A stretch of DNA of 63,966 bases, filler included, from Circinaria calcarea (GCA_051942165.1; 3 parts of 3 records of this genome joined end to end with filler, not necessarily neighbours in it); one strand, 5' to 3'; shown: positions 23,880 to 41,206, counted from the first letter of the whole stretch. The notes: generated by a model not told the origin, from the letters alone. Made by a program: numbers and translations.

Positions 23880-26428
23880 CTAGACATTCCGCAACACAAA
23901 CTCATAGGCCGCATTGACCTTCGTGAACACGTAACCCGTAGGTCCGGAAATCTGCCAGACGGATATCAATTCTCGGATCATCATCACCAGCGAGAGCCCA
24001 ACTTACCTTGTACTCCACCCGTCTCCGCGACCCATCACCCACAGCCATCCGCATGGCATCGTCCATATCCCTCGGCGCCGTCATCTCATGTGTATAGTGC
24101 ACCTTGACCTCCAAGCCCACTGCTCTTCCGATCCCAGGCTGTTGCAGTAGTCTTAATCCGCTCCAGTATATGAATGAGCCGGTCAAAACAAGCACCGTCA
24201 CAATGAACCACCAGTATCGTGGTATCCCGGCCGGGGCACGGGCACCTTGTACTAGGACGGCGACGTTGGCCCCGATGTAGACGGTGGCGACAGCACGACC
24301 GACGTACTTATTTGTGAGGTACGAGGGTTTCCAGGCTTTCCTTCGCCGAGTCGCCATGCGCTTTCCAAGGCGGAAGAAGCCGATTCCAATGAACACTGAG
24401 GGAATGATTAGAGTCGGCTTGAGTTCACTGGCAAGAGGACACATCAAAAATGCTGCAAGTGCCATGGTACCACTTACCGCCGATTAGGATGTGACCGTAG
24501 GTAAAGAGCCCTACAACAAATCCATAGCCGTCCGTTGTATTTGGGGTGACGACGATCATGATCGCAGAGATGACCCAGTGTAGAATTAACGCTCCTCGTG
24601 GAGTTCCAAATTGCCGGTCGTCGTCCGCAAAATACTTATGAAAAGGAATAATGCGCTGGACAGCGATAGCTTGCTTTACTGTTTAGCCAAGACAAGTTAG
24701 AATACAGTACACCTCGATCTGATTGTTCGAAGGAGCATGACTTACCTTTTACACTGGTATAAACCACTGCTATCAAGTTGCCGAAAGCTGAACATGCTAT
24801 ACCTATTTTTAGACCGAAGCTGCTGCCAAACGCCTATGAATATCTGTGAGTGACTTGTATTGCCGTTTGGAGGAGTCAAAATACCTTTGGAGCAAAGAAA
24901 AGCACCATTCCAAGATCGCTGTCGACATTTGTTATCTTTGCATAGTCGACAGCCAGGTACTTGTCCGGAGTCAGCGAAGTTTGAGAGTGCAGTTAGGTAT
25001 AGACTCACGTAGGCGAGGGTGACTAGAACATACAGCACACATACAGTGCCAACTGCAAGGAAAGCTCCTAACGTGAGTGTTGCTTTCGGGGAATCCTTTG
25101 CAGCTCGAATTTCTCCAGCAACCTAGAAAATTTCAGCGAGGTCAATCGTCTTCCTCCAGGAATCTTTACTTACGTAATTGGCGTTTTCCCAACCTTGGTA
25201 ACTGTAGAGCACATACACCAGGGCTGCAAGGGTATTTCCTACATTATATCCAGGTTGTGTTGTGGGAAAGTCTGTGGTTCCTGATGACACAACTGGGAAC
25301 GACTTGTTTCTTGCTATAACTCCCGCAATGAAACAGGCAATGAGCAAGAATATTTTATAGACTGCAAACCATTTGTTCAAGAACAGACCCAGCTTTGCAG
25401 AAAAGTAATGAATAAAGCAGACAAGAGTCAAAACTGAAATTGCAACAAAGCTGACCAGTCTCTTGTCAAGGTCAGGTGTCGTCTCGATAGTTGGATCAGC
25501 CGCTACAAGGACCTGCTTCGCAAATACTAATGAATTGCCGGCGTTGTTCCCAAGCACAAGAAAGAAGCCCGAGAACAAAACGGTCGCGAGTAATTCGGGT
25601 ACTGGAAAGATTTCGTCCAACTAGATCTTCATCAGTCCATCGTCATACCAACATCAAGGAGCCAGCTAACATAGATAAGTTCCCCACCAGTAAACGGTAA
25701 TGCGATACCGAATTCGAGATATATTAGCAAACTAAATTTCTTAGCATGATGTTCCTTCGTATTGGGGTCGAGCAATGGCTAGATGTAAAGAACAGAACGC
25801 ACCATAAGGCAGTATATACTCCGCCCACTGCCCACAAGCCCAGGGCGATGGACTTGCTCTTGGTCAAGGATAAGACTAATCCAGGTGTGCTAAAAATTCC
25901 ACCTCCGATCATTTTGTTGATGATTAGAGCCGCTACATCAAACGTACCCAAGTGTCGCTCAAAATGAGTAGTCTCGGTAGCATTGCTATAGATGCTACTG
26001 CCGCAGACCTCAAGGTCTCCGTTCCTAGGCACCGAAGATGGTGCTTCAACCTTGGCGGTGTTAATACTGTTGAAGCTCCGTTCCTCCTGGCTGTCATTTG
26101 GCCCATCAAATCGGCTCCGCAAGCTATTGCAAGAGGAGGTGATAGACTGGCGGATGGAAGGATTTCGCTGTGTGGTAGATTCATGCTCTCGCTCCGAAGA
26201 GTCACGAGGGCCGCCAGGATGAGAGACAAAGATACTTGGTTGTGGAAGTGCGGATAGTGGATTTAACGAAGGTCCTTCCATTTCAGGGTAGTTAAAGGCA
26301 GCAGGCGTCAAAGTCGGCGGAGCTGAGTTGGGTGAGTCTTGTCGCCTGGATCTCGAGCCAGAGCGATATCTCCGGCTTGGTGACGCGTGCTCAGGTGAGA
26401 GGTTATCTGACTGCTGTATATCTTCCAT
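23880..26428 (-). CDS. APC-superfamily amino acid permease (LAT/MUP1 methionine-permease-like) with long disordered N-terminus, multi-exon
   Basis: RHLGTFDVAALIINKMIGGGIFSTPG (TM1), GNNAGNSLVFA, LYSYQGWENANYV, multiple TM segments; the last exon reads ISGPTGYVFTKVNAAYEFVLRNV-stop at 23880. Confidence 0.88.
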
Positions 26429-27813
26429 CTTGCGTGCAAAGACCGCGCGGCTTTACCCAGATGCAGCGAGAAACACGACAGAGGTATATTACCATAGTCG
26501 AGCCCAGAGGCTTTGCGAGAGAACCAGATTTCCGTTTCTTACGAAGAGAGTATTGGCAACCGGTGAACAAGCAAACAATGGTAACACCAATGAACCCATT
26601 GATTTGTATGTGGATGACTTTGTGACAGCAGCCAAGCTATAAGTCAAGCCGCATGTAGGAATATCTGATTGCGGGAACCATACCCAGTAGAGCAATACCC
26701 TGATAAGCATGCATGAGGCGCAGCCGGTGAAAGAGAGGAACCGTATCGAGCCAGTAAAACAATCCATTTACTGGTGTGGTGTGGAAGATATTTGGTACAA
26801 GGTCAGGCAGAGGGACAATCGCAGCCTGATACGAGCTTTGGCGCAGTTCACCCTCATGTAATCAGCCGCATTTCCATAGTTAAAGAGAGCCTGGCCGGTC
26901 TGCCTCGTACTCCGCCATCAGTCGAAGTCAATAAAGTTACCCACAATAATATTGTTCTACCGTGTCTGTTGAGTACGAAGTGTTCCATATTTAGCCTTGT
27001 CACCCATCAACTTGACTTAGCACCGACATATACCATAAATGCCGCATCCTTCGACCAACCTAGTGGTACCGGCGGGTTACCAGATCCAGACTCTGCCAGA
27101 TCGATATATTTTGAGCGATATTCTTGATAACTTCTTGAGTGGGAAAGTCGGAACTTTCGGTTCGCGGCGGGCAAGGCAGGTGGGTACTGTCGGCTCCCTT
27201 TGATCCATAAGCCAATGGTAACAAGGAAGCAGAGCTTTGGCGGCCACCACAAGGTCGTTGTCAAAAGAAAGCTGACTGACGTGCGAACATTTGCCCGTTT
27301 CTTCGAGTGTCAGGCTGAAACTCTTAAAGGCTGAGATCTTAAGCATCCAGAAGGAAAGCTTCCCCAAGCATTTTGAAGAAAGCGACGCGTTTGAGTAGTG
27401 AGGAAGGAAGGGATAGGCCGTGTTTCTGTCTGGGCATGGCAACCCCATGATGCTCCCATCGATCTGCCTTGTCCCTCGTCCCGTCGCGTATGGTATGGGG
27501 CGTTTGCCAGGGAAAGTCAACCTTTTCCGCACTAGAACTAGCGTCACGACGCCCGAGTAGATACAGGCCCAAAGGCTGTTGCGGCGTCGAAAGATTACCT
27601 TGGCGCTGTAGAGCGATGCTGTGGGACGGCATCGGAGATCCTACATGAAGGCGCAAGTGTATTAATGGATTCCATCACCCCCCGCGAAGCTGTCCAATGG
27701 GACTGGGCTCCGTGAGAAATGCAAGATATACTAAAGGAATACCGCATGCCTCATGTCCGAAAGACTATGTAGTTTCCAGAGCTTCTTCTAAGCCCGAGTA
27801 CTCAAGAGACACT

Positions 27814-29646
27814 ATGATGTGCGATTTACATGGCTGGCAGCAGTATCCCGAGAATCTAGACGTGGCCCCCACCATCCGTTGCTCATGGGACCTCGACGAG
27901 TACAACAAGGCCTTAAGCGATGATGCGGCCCGCCTCTTCGGGCCAAACAAAGAGTTGCAGGTCAAGGTGATGGAGATAGGGAGTCAGGGTATGAGGCTTT
28001 GCTTTTGGAAAACTGGGCACATTTCTTGACGTTGATGCTAATCGAAGGCCGAGTATGTGGTGTAGTAGATTACGTTTTCGAGGATAGTAGCAGCTTTGAA
28101 AACTACTTGCTGGCATGTTACCAGGAGCTTCTGTGATGCAAGAATCTAATCTGTATGATATAAGAATTACCGGAGTGTCAATAGCATGCGGATATTGTAT
28201 TCTCAATCTGACAGATGTTAACGGTATATGCAATTGACAATCGCCATAGTCTCATACCGCAACAATACTCCTGGTCGAATTTGGCCATATCGGAGGAAGC
28301 AGTCCGGAAGTTGCTTACGAGTGTCAAGGCCTTTCCTGCCTTCTTAGACATTCTGCACGTGTTTGGTCAGAAAACTGGCCGGCAAGGAGAGTCGATCGGG
28401 GGTTACCAGGACCTGAAAGCTACAAGGGGGGAATCGCTGGGTATATATCTCATTCCGGTTCTGTACTGTAGCACTCCTTATGCCCTGCTAAGTGATGAAT
28501 AGAATGTTGCTATCTTGTCAAGCACATGGAACTGCATGGTCGAGTAGGACCAAGTGACCCTTGGTCTATGCGTCAGATGGGTGTCTACCATAAGCAGCAC
28601 TCAGCGCGTGATGAACATACCTTCATTCTAATCAATCCCTCGAAGCCGCTTCAGAGGCGTCTGAAGAAGGTTATTGCCAAAGGAATACCACAATGGCAAG
28701 ATATCCACAACCTCCTACAGTCCTCGGTAACAACTGGATGGAGAAAGTACATTGACTACCTCGAAGGGGAGCTCGAGATAATAGTACGTAGTAAAGTAAC
28801 AACCAGTTCTACGCAAGCTAACCAGTCTGCAGAAAAGTAAGGCTCAACTCGCCGCAGTGGATTCAACGGACGGTCATATAGAAAAAGCGGAATTTGAAAT
28901 ACGCTTCTCGGATGCACAAGAAATCCATATCCTTCAAGATAAGGTGTGCCAACTTAGACACGTTTTGCATGTGAACCGCACGACTTTCGAAGCTATTGGC
29001 AAGAGATTGAGTACATCAGAAGCCGCTCGAGCCAATGCGGAAGAGCACGTTGAACGTCAACTCTCTGAGCTTAGTCGACCGTACATTATACAGACGGAAG
29101 CAGAGCTCCAGAGGGTGCAAAACATGCTTTGCCGCCTTAAAGGCGCGTCTGAGCTTGTTAGTACAGCTGGAATGAGTTTGAAGGGTTTGTAGCTTACCTT
29201 ACTCAGATCCGAAGTATCCTTGACTTCCATGGCTTGGACGCCCTACAGGCAAGTGGCAAGACCGCATCCAGAATGGCTCATCTGGCACAACTCGACAACA
29301 AATTGATGGTTGGTCTTGCCCATAAAGGCCGCCGAGACAACTTAACTCTCAAAACAATCACCATCCTGACTCTGGTCTATCTTCCAGCTTCATTCGCATC
29401 TGTAGGTTAACCACGTCTGTTTATCCTGGGTTCCTCCTAACAGCACTGCCACAATAGACAATGCTGAGTATGGGTTATATCTCCGTCAATTCGAGCACAC
29501 ACGGCATATCCATTCATTTCGCAGGTGAAATGGTTATCTTTGGCGTCTTGACGGTGGTCCTCCTGATGCTTACCATTGGCACATGGAAGATTCTTGACCA
29601 ACGGCAAAACAAGCTTGACGTTGAATCGGACTATCGGCAATGCTGA
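27814..29646 (+). CDS. fungal CorA-like domain protein (soluble domain, long helices, two C-terminal TM segments), multi-exon
   Basis: QQYSWSNLAISEEAVRKLL...FPAFLDILHVFG, YLVKHMELHGR...DPWSMRQMGVYHK, WRKYIDYLE, heptad helices, then TLKTITILTLVYLPASFAS|TMLSMGY and MVIFGVLTVVLLMLTIGTW; 5' exons less certain. Confidence 0.75.
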
Positions 29647-29946
29647 CAGCCTAGCAAAGGATTCTAGGGTCCCTGATATATTATTTTGCGTTCGTTCCAT
29701 GGCTCTCGACTACCATTTCTGTAGTAACTAAGTGAGTTGTGCTCGAGGGGCCAAGAGCTGACTGACCATGGTAGATAAACAAGGAGTGCCACGCATCAAC
29801 TGCTTCATAAGACCATTAAACGTGGTTTGGAACCGGCATTGATAGCGCAGGCTCAGCAGTATGAAAGAGAGCATCGGACGGTTGCTTCCTTTGTTCGCGC
29901 CAATCAACTTTAAGTTTCATATAGCTCTCATAAAAAGCAGTGCGGT

Positions 29947-32924
29947 CTATAATGCCAAGTCAGTAAACTTATCTGTGTGGTAATGGAAGTTCATACTTTC
30001 GGGGGTTTTGAAGTTCAGGTTAAGTTCAGTGCAGTCAATCTCGCCATCTTTTTCTTGGTCGTCAAGCCTGGCTGCCGAGAGCGGAATACTAGGATAACCG
30101 GCTTCGCCTTGAGGCACCGTTTTTGCAGGCAAATACGAGGCTCGAAAATAACTATCTTTATATGGCATGATCTTGAATAAATGAGACTCATTCAGCTTAG
30201 GTTCTTTTTCAGTCCTCGAATTTTTAGCAACTATTGTCAGACTCAGCATAGAACCTTAATCTTTCAATAGATAGAATCTTACTTGGCACAATCAGGATTC
30301 CTTTCCTATTATATATGACTATCCGTGGCTGAGCAACTTCCTCCAGCTCATCTACCTCTCTTACCAATCGGCGTTGATGAGTTTGGTAATTGGAAGAATG
30401 TGTAATTGGATTCTGCTGTGCTCATTAGACGCGTGTGAATATGTGCTCTATAGATACTGCTTGCTTACCATAGGCTTTGACTTCTTCTCCTCAAGCCATA
30501 GATGGACCGTGCAAGGCCCTTCGATATCCACATTACCGGTACCGCTTTGTTCCTTCGAAAGCAGACGCCTAAGCTTGTCTATCATTTCTTTCGTAGTAAC
30601 CGACCGCTTCTTAAGGGACTTGACTTCAATTGCAAAGCTGGAGTGCAATCAGTCATATTGCCAACCATGCGGCTTAGGGAGAGGAATGTACCTTTTTATA
30701 ATCTTCTGACCGGTGAGGACAGATTGTACGGTACGAGCATCTTGAAATAGTTCAGCATGACGACCTATAACCTTTCGGCATTCAATGTACCGGATCCTAC
30801 CCTCAAGTTTGTCAAATGAGTAGATACATCCTCTAAAAGATGGCGTAGCTGCTTCGTCTATTGGCGCAAAGCGGATGTCCCATTTGTCCCTGGGGTTCTC
30901 ATCTCTCATTCGAAACGTGTAGCGTGGTATAATGGAGAGGGCCGAGCGTTCCCCTAGGGTCAGTTAGACATGGAATCTTCATGCGACTTTCTGACATACC
31001 TCTCTCTGTTAACCCCTGAGCCCCCTCTGGCGTTAGGTATTTCGTGACAAGTCGAATAAAGCCTTTTTCATCTTCGAAAGCGTACAGCGTGGCTTTTCTA
31101 ACATCCCCGTGGTCATTGTACCACATGGTCCTGACAAGAGAACGTATTAGCAGTTATCAGCGGCTACGCAGCACTTCAGTGCAGTCCGGGATTAGGAGGA
31201 CCACACACTTTACGTCGTTGAGGAGATTGTTCCCAAGGGCAGTTTCCCCCTTTTCTGGTTCCTCCTGTCTTATTCGTATAGGAGCTGTGGTCACTCTTTC
31301 CGGCCCATACCGCAGGAGTATATCAGTAAATCGGCGATGAACTTCGTCTATAGGGATCCGGGTCTTAGCATCAGTATCCAGCATGCCCTTCATCAAAGCA
31401 ATTAAGGCTTCCAAGAAATCCCGGGATGTATGTTCGTAAGCTTGTGGAAGAGTCTCTAACCAGGCTGCTATTTCTCTCTTCAAATAACAAAATCCAGAGG
31501 TGTGATCTCGTTGGAAGAAGCGATCATCCCAATTGTTGGTACCTGGTTCCCTAGACGATCTTATCTCATCAAGACGGTCTATACCTTGATGCCCGCCGCA
31601 AACGAAGGCTGTTATCTCCAGAAAGACGCACCCTAATGACCAGACGTCATACTTGTGGCTTAAGTTGACACTGACGTGGTTCATCTCTGGCGGGGCATAG
31701 GACTCCGTTCCAGCCATCCCAATCACTCGGGAAGACGATGTACCGGGAACTATAAGAAATTCGGCTTGACCGAAATCAGATATTAACAGAGTGTTCTTAT
31801 TGTCAATAAGTATGTTTCCGGGTTTAATATCTAGATGATGCCCGATCTCTCTCCCCTTATCTGACTGAACTTGAATGGGGTTCTCTATAATATAAGCTAA
31901 AGCTTTTGTTATACCGAGCGTCTGATGCCAGAGAGGACTCATCTCGACGGAACTGTGACGTAGTTCATCTGCACCGTATTGCTCCTCCCGAAGGTATCGA
32001 CCAAGGTTTGTCTTAGCACAAGGGAATATGATGTTGAATATTCGGCCATGTCGATATGGCTTGATCATCTGAACTATGTGCTCGTTCTGAAATTGGCTGA
32101 CATACTCGAGATTCGTTTTCTCGAGAAGAAACCGCAGTGGTACAGTATCGCGTAATTCTTTTCTTGCGAACTTTGGTATGAGAGGAAGATGCTAGAGGTG
32201 TGAATGTAAGTGTACGAGGTCAAATACTTCCTCCCAAGTTGGAAGAGCTCACCGGAAGCCGCCAGTACTCATCCAATATCTCAAACGAGTACACCGTACC
32301 GTACGCCCCTTCACTTTCTATTTCTCCGCTATCGTTCTTCTTACCCACCAGCTTCTCATTTCGAAAGGGAAGGATGGTATCCTCGTGGTAAACCCGGTAC
32401 TTTCCGTCGCTAATTGGTGGTACGGCAAACTGATACATAGCCTCCCGGAAATCATTGGCAACACCGAGACACTCAGTTCGATTGTTCGTGTAATACCTTC
32501 GCCAGAACCTTTGGCCCAATCCCTCCATCTCTCCTCTAGGGTTCTCGGTAGATATCCTGCTTGTAAGTTCTTCGAGGCTGCCATCATTCCACTCGAATTC
32601 GAGAAACCCTAAAATAAACATAGGGTGATATATATGAATAAGAAGAGCGAACAGGCTGATGGCGTTGTCCAATCGACTCCATGGCTCATCTCCGTTGCCA
32701 GTAATGCGGTGAACGTGGTCGTCAGGCTTGCTAAACTTCCCGAGAAGTTGTAGATGCCACTGACATCGCGAGCATTTGCACTGAAGTACTTCACGAACTT
32801 TGGATGCTGTAAGTACTTCACTGATCGCTTTTTTCGGGTAAAACCGTTTACTCCTGTTCTCCACAGCAAGGGCCCGAATCTGATGTCGGACAGTGATACA
32901 TACTGACTCCTCGGGTGACGCCAT
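29947..32924 (-). CDS. atypical fungal Ser/Thr protein kinase with N-terminal helical region and uncharacterised C-terminal domain, multi-exon
   Basis: Gly loop SEGAYGTVY, FARK (VAIK equivalent, after intron), HHLDIKPGNILI, ISDFGQA, GTESYAPPE, YDVWSLGCVFLE; downstream ORF fragments are joined by GT-AG introns. Confidence 0.88.
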
Positions 32925-33907
32925 CGATCAGCTCTGGGCAAAAGAGGAACTGGAGAGCTTCACAAGTGCAGTCTGTACGATGTCAAAGCACAACATTAGA
33001 AAGCGACTGGAAGACCAAACCATTAACATTCTCCTGGGGACATTAGGAGCCTGCCCACATGCTGAAAGCAGCGAATCAAATGCCCGTATACGATAAGGCT
33101 TTCTGGCCGCCATTGACGCCCAGTGGCGTCCAAGCCACAGCGTGCTACCACCTAACTGCGAGAGGGTGCCCGCCGCCTCACCGGGATAATCAATCCCAAA
33201 TCGCATCATGCAAGCAGTGTGATTGAGGCTGGAACGAAGGTTGCCTGTTGGGAAACGCACAAGAAAGGTTATAAATAGATAACAGATCTAACAACGCTTA
33301 TGCGCCTTCTGCATTCACCGTGGAAAACACGATCCCGAAGGGATTCGTTCCTGTACTATGCCTTGCAGAGATCCCTCCACGTGAGCATACTAAATATAGC
33401 GTGCCAAACACGATCGCGTCGCAGTGGGAATCCGTCCGATAGGCAAAGCCTGTCTTAGTCGTTTGTTTGGTTTAGCAGCCTCACAAAGTGCTAGATTGCC
33501 TGTCCCTTGGACTGCGCGTCAACCCACGCCAGACTCACACACGTCTTCCAAAAAAGTGAAAAGGGGGGTTGGACCACACAGTTCCATCCTACGCATGCAG
33601 TGATAATATCGGGTTCCATGTAACTCTACTTGCAACCAGGCAGCTAATGAGACTTGAAGAAGGTAGGCTGGCTTTTGGAGAGTGGTAGTGGTAGCCCGGT
33701 TCACTGCCACCATCGGCTATGGCTTAGTACCTATCATAAGCACACGATGGCCCCAATGAGACATTGATATAAAAGGTTTAGAGATGGTGGTCGTGAGTGT
33801 CAGTTTCAGCAGTGCCAGCTGGATGAAATCTTGCTCGGCCTAAAGCTAGCTTGGAAGACATGCTACCACGGCTCTAACAACCGTCAATCTCCTCCAGCAA
33901 TGCTGTG

Positions 33908-36723
<2,816 letters not shown>

Positions 36724-37017
36724 ACTGAAGAATACCGGAATGTATCTCAAGTATACTCGTGTACTCTGATTGTGCAGACAATGATTAGCAACTGATACCA
36801 AATGGTGGTAAGGCTTTGGTAAGAAGCCCAACCAGTGATTGTTTCCTCCTCTGCAACTGCCTTCTCGAACAAGGACTATCGAAGGTCGATGTTCTTCCCG
36901 ACGGCGGGTCAATGAACAAGATAGGTCGATGCGATTGCACAGGCCGTGAGAAGCTGACGGCGGGCTATGTACCACATGCCGATTCTGATGAGCGTGAATG
37001 CGACTACTTCGCACTAG

Positions 37018-37503
<486 letters not shown>

Positions 37504-37850
37504 AGAATAGACACATGTGAGGAGCCTGATCACACTGGCGGTGGAGGCTAGGGAGGGAATCTAAACAATTTGCCCTGGACTGTTCTGCATGGGGTCAGGG
37601 GTTAGGCGTACTCAACAAATGTGACCCATTCACGTTAACGGTGTACATTGTTTTTACAGTACTACAAAGGTACAACTCATCCAGTCGAGCTATGCCAAGC
37701 ACAACCGGGTATCTATCAGACAAAGTCCCCCTGCAAACCGGTAAATGCACCAGTGGCGCCGTCTTTGATCTCTTTGCTGTACATTAGCATATCATGAAAA
37801 AGGCAGGTAAGTAAATGAGTTATAGAGCCAAGTTAGGTCACTCTGTCCCT

Positions 37851-39715
37851 TCATTCCGTGACTCGCCTAACCCAGAGGCCTGTCGGTTCGTACATTGATT
37901 TTTCGTCTCGTCGTTTCATGGCTCTATGCAGCATGAGACCTGTCTCATGGATTTCCTTGGCCACAGCTGCTGCCTCCGTATTGTAAATCTCCACGGTCTT
38001 CTTTATCTCCTGTCGGGAGGCCATGTCATATGCAATCGAACTGGGCTGAACCACATGGGTAAGCTCATGGATCACCGTCTGTAAATTCCCTCTCCTGCGA
38101 TTAAGGGTATCGAGCTTTGCTTCTAAGCTGGACACTCGATCCACTGCTTCGGCTTCGGGTGGCGATTGTGGTAGTGCCTTGTTGACCGGCGACATTTCGG
38201 AAGGTGTGGGTTTACGGGCGGTGGTTTTGTTCATTGAGACACCAGACACCGGTACAGGTCGCTTACGGTTCAGCACCGAAGAAGGCGGTGTGGGCAGTGG
38301 AGGAGACTCTTCATGGCTTAACCTTGGAGTTGCCGGGGGAGTATCCTGCAAAGTCGTGTTGTAGGTAGTAGCACTAAATCGGCTTGCGGGTTCGTTTTTG
38401 AGATGTAATTTTGGTGCTGCTGTAAGTATCTGACTTTCAGAGGGCTCTGGTGTTTTCTCTACTGGATTAAGTACTGGAGCAACATTCGTACCCTTCTCGT
38501 CAGGTCCATCCGACATCTGCTCGACACTAGGGTTCCGCGCTAGAGGAGATGTTGTATTCGGGGGCTCTAAACTCCTATCACGGTATTGCATTGATGCTGG
38601 AGTAGTCGGCGAGCGGGGACTGTTTCTGCCAACCTTAAGAGGCACTATAGGCTTGATGACCTGTTCAATATCCGTTAAGTCTAGTGACTGCAGAAGTTCC
38701 TGTTCGGCCCTGTTGTCTTGTTTGTAAGGAGCTAAATATTTCTTTTCCGGGGGCTTATTTTTTCGCCCACCCGAATATTTTGCACCACCTGCTGCAAACA
38801 CTGGAATTTGGCCTGGCGGAAGAGGTTTGTCAACCAAAGGCTTCACAATAGGAGTCCATCCACTAGCGCCCTTCCATTCTTCCCGCTCAAGGGTTGACGT
38901 GTGAGATTTTTTTTTGTTACCCTTTTTCAGCTTGTCCGAAAGTGAAGATTTTGGCTGTTGACCATTGCTTGAGTGAATAAAGCGGCCTAAAGGACTTTCA
39001 TTATGTCCATCAAACTTGGCGGAACTAGGCGTAACTTGAGCTGGCTTGCCTGAGTCGGAGTTCGTTGGTTCTCCTGAGAAGTCATCCCATCGAGTCGTCT
39101 TAGAAGCCTTATCGGGAGGATCGTCCTTCGCAACCCTTTCTCTCCACCCAGCAATGGAGGACGTTGAGCCGCCAGAGGTTTGCTGCGCCGGAGGTAAAGG
39201 AGCATTACCGGAGCTTCGAGGCAGATCAGGCAAAGCGCTTCCCGTTTCTGTGATAGGAGAGACATTCGGACTCGACTTCTTCGATTGTCCACCATCCATA
39301 GTTTGTGGCGAATCTGGCGGAGATATATCGTCATGGGTAATTAAAGATGACCTTGGAATATTGAGTCGGGGATGTTTGAAACCGACCGTGGGCGACGGCT
39401 GGGAATACATGGAAGAGACGTTAGAGTACGGTCGATGCGCCGACGAGTCTGGGGTTTGTAGTGATTTACTAAAATCGTATCAGTGTTGATCCAATTGCCA
39501 TAACGTGAAATCATGCTCTCTTACAACGGAAGCTCCGGTAGACCCTTGAGCACATCTTGGGTTTGTTTCCTCCCAAAGGCCGGCCTCGAGCTTATACTGA
39601 AATCTCCGTTGTTAAGGTCGGTCAAGCCATCTAGGCTTCTATCATCCAGCGTCGTCTCAACAAGCGTAGGATTGCCAATAGGCCGCTCCGCAGGTCGATT
39701 GAAGCGTTTCCACAT
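37851..39715 (-). CDS. conserved hypothetical protein; Pro/Ser-rich with C-terminal coiled coil, 2 exons
   Basis: 519-aa ORF plus upstream exon MWKRFNRP...; motifs TRWDDFSGEPT, EWKGASG, SRFSATTY and C-terminal GLMLHRAMKRRD...PTGLWVRRVT. Confidence 0.8.
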
Positions 39716-41206
39716 TCTGCTTTCGCCAGACCCGAGTCTACTTACCAGATACTTTCAACCGTCAGCGCACGCTTGACGATAGGGACGGGGACTCTTTACC
39801 CGGTACTCAACTCAGCCAAGATGCTCTCACGTCAGCAAGTCACTTCTGCCGATAGGCGAACTTCCAAGATGTCAAGCTTCCTATGGCTTGTGTGAGATGA
39901 AATATTAGAGAATAAAAGGACAGAGGTCAACACTAGTAAGATATGTGACTTGGGAGTTCAAGAGAGCACAGAGACAGATGGCGAGGGTTTGCCATCAGTC
40001 AATTGTGGACATATGCATGCTCAGCCTTCAAAGAGAGTCTAATATGAATGGAGAGTGAAGTGGTTGCCAGACAAGCAAGTACAGGGAATCATTCTGCATG
40101 TCAAGCACTATAACCTGCAGATGTCGTACTGCTGTCCCATAACCGAGGAAACGCGTCCATGATTCAAGATGTTTCATCTTGCCCGCGCCTTAAGCGAAGG
40201 GTGCCGCCACTTCCGCCTTCCTGTGCAGGCTAGTGGGGCAGAATTCTAGATGTTTTCAGGGGAAGGGGGGAAATACATCACGGCTCCGTACTTGCATGGA
40301 GCAATCTGTCGCCTGTAAGTCTATGATAAAGAATTCACCATTGGAGAGACCCAGTATCAATATGGAGTATTTACGAATGGTTTGTAGATGGAACTGGTTT
40401 GTGAGCCAACTTGCTGAATTTGCATGTGAGGAAGATAGACAACCCTTTCCCCCTTGAAATCTTGCCGGGAAGACTTAGCGTCTGCCTTTCTCTACAGGAT
40501 CAAACAGATGTGTCAAAAATCCAAGAACTTTGACTTCTTCGCCCTTGCTGACCTGTGCCGGTTATTCGCGAACGATCCTATTAAAACATTCCACGCTTGG
40601 AACCCGTATACACATTGCATGCTCATATCCGCGAGTCATCGAGTGTGATCGTCTAGACCCTGTCCGAATGAATTAATCAATAGGCCCATGCCACAGGAGT
40701 CTATCATATCCCGTTGATGCTCATGCCTTTCAAGCTTTCGTGACCTTACATCTCTAGACCTTCAATGCTGAAGCCGTGCCGGAGCAAGCCTTGAACCGTG
40801 ATTCCCCCCTTCCTACTCCTAACCACCTGGATTTGAAGTCGCTTCCAGGATACACAGCCTTACCCTTTGTAATGTGTTCGTCCACCTAAAAAGGAGCGGA
40901 AATTCAAACCGACCATCAGGAGGACAACCAAGGAGATATTCATATATTATATGATGACATCATCCAGACAGGAGCTATCTGCGATACTTCCACTCAAGGA
41001 TTGACCTGCCATCTTACGGCCTAAGATTACCGGCTCTTGACCCTGCAAAACCGGTTCATGTGATTTTGAAGTACACGGACCTAAAGAGTCACCACAGTCA
41101 ACTGCATTAAGAAAAGCCTAACCCTCTCTTACTTTGGCATGGGTTATGGGAGGCTAAACTAATTTAGAAAAGAGTACATGAGAAAAGGTCATGAAGCATA
41201 ATGTGA

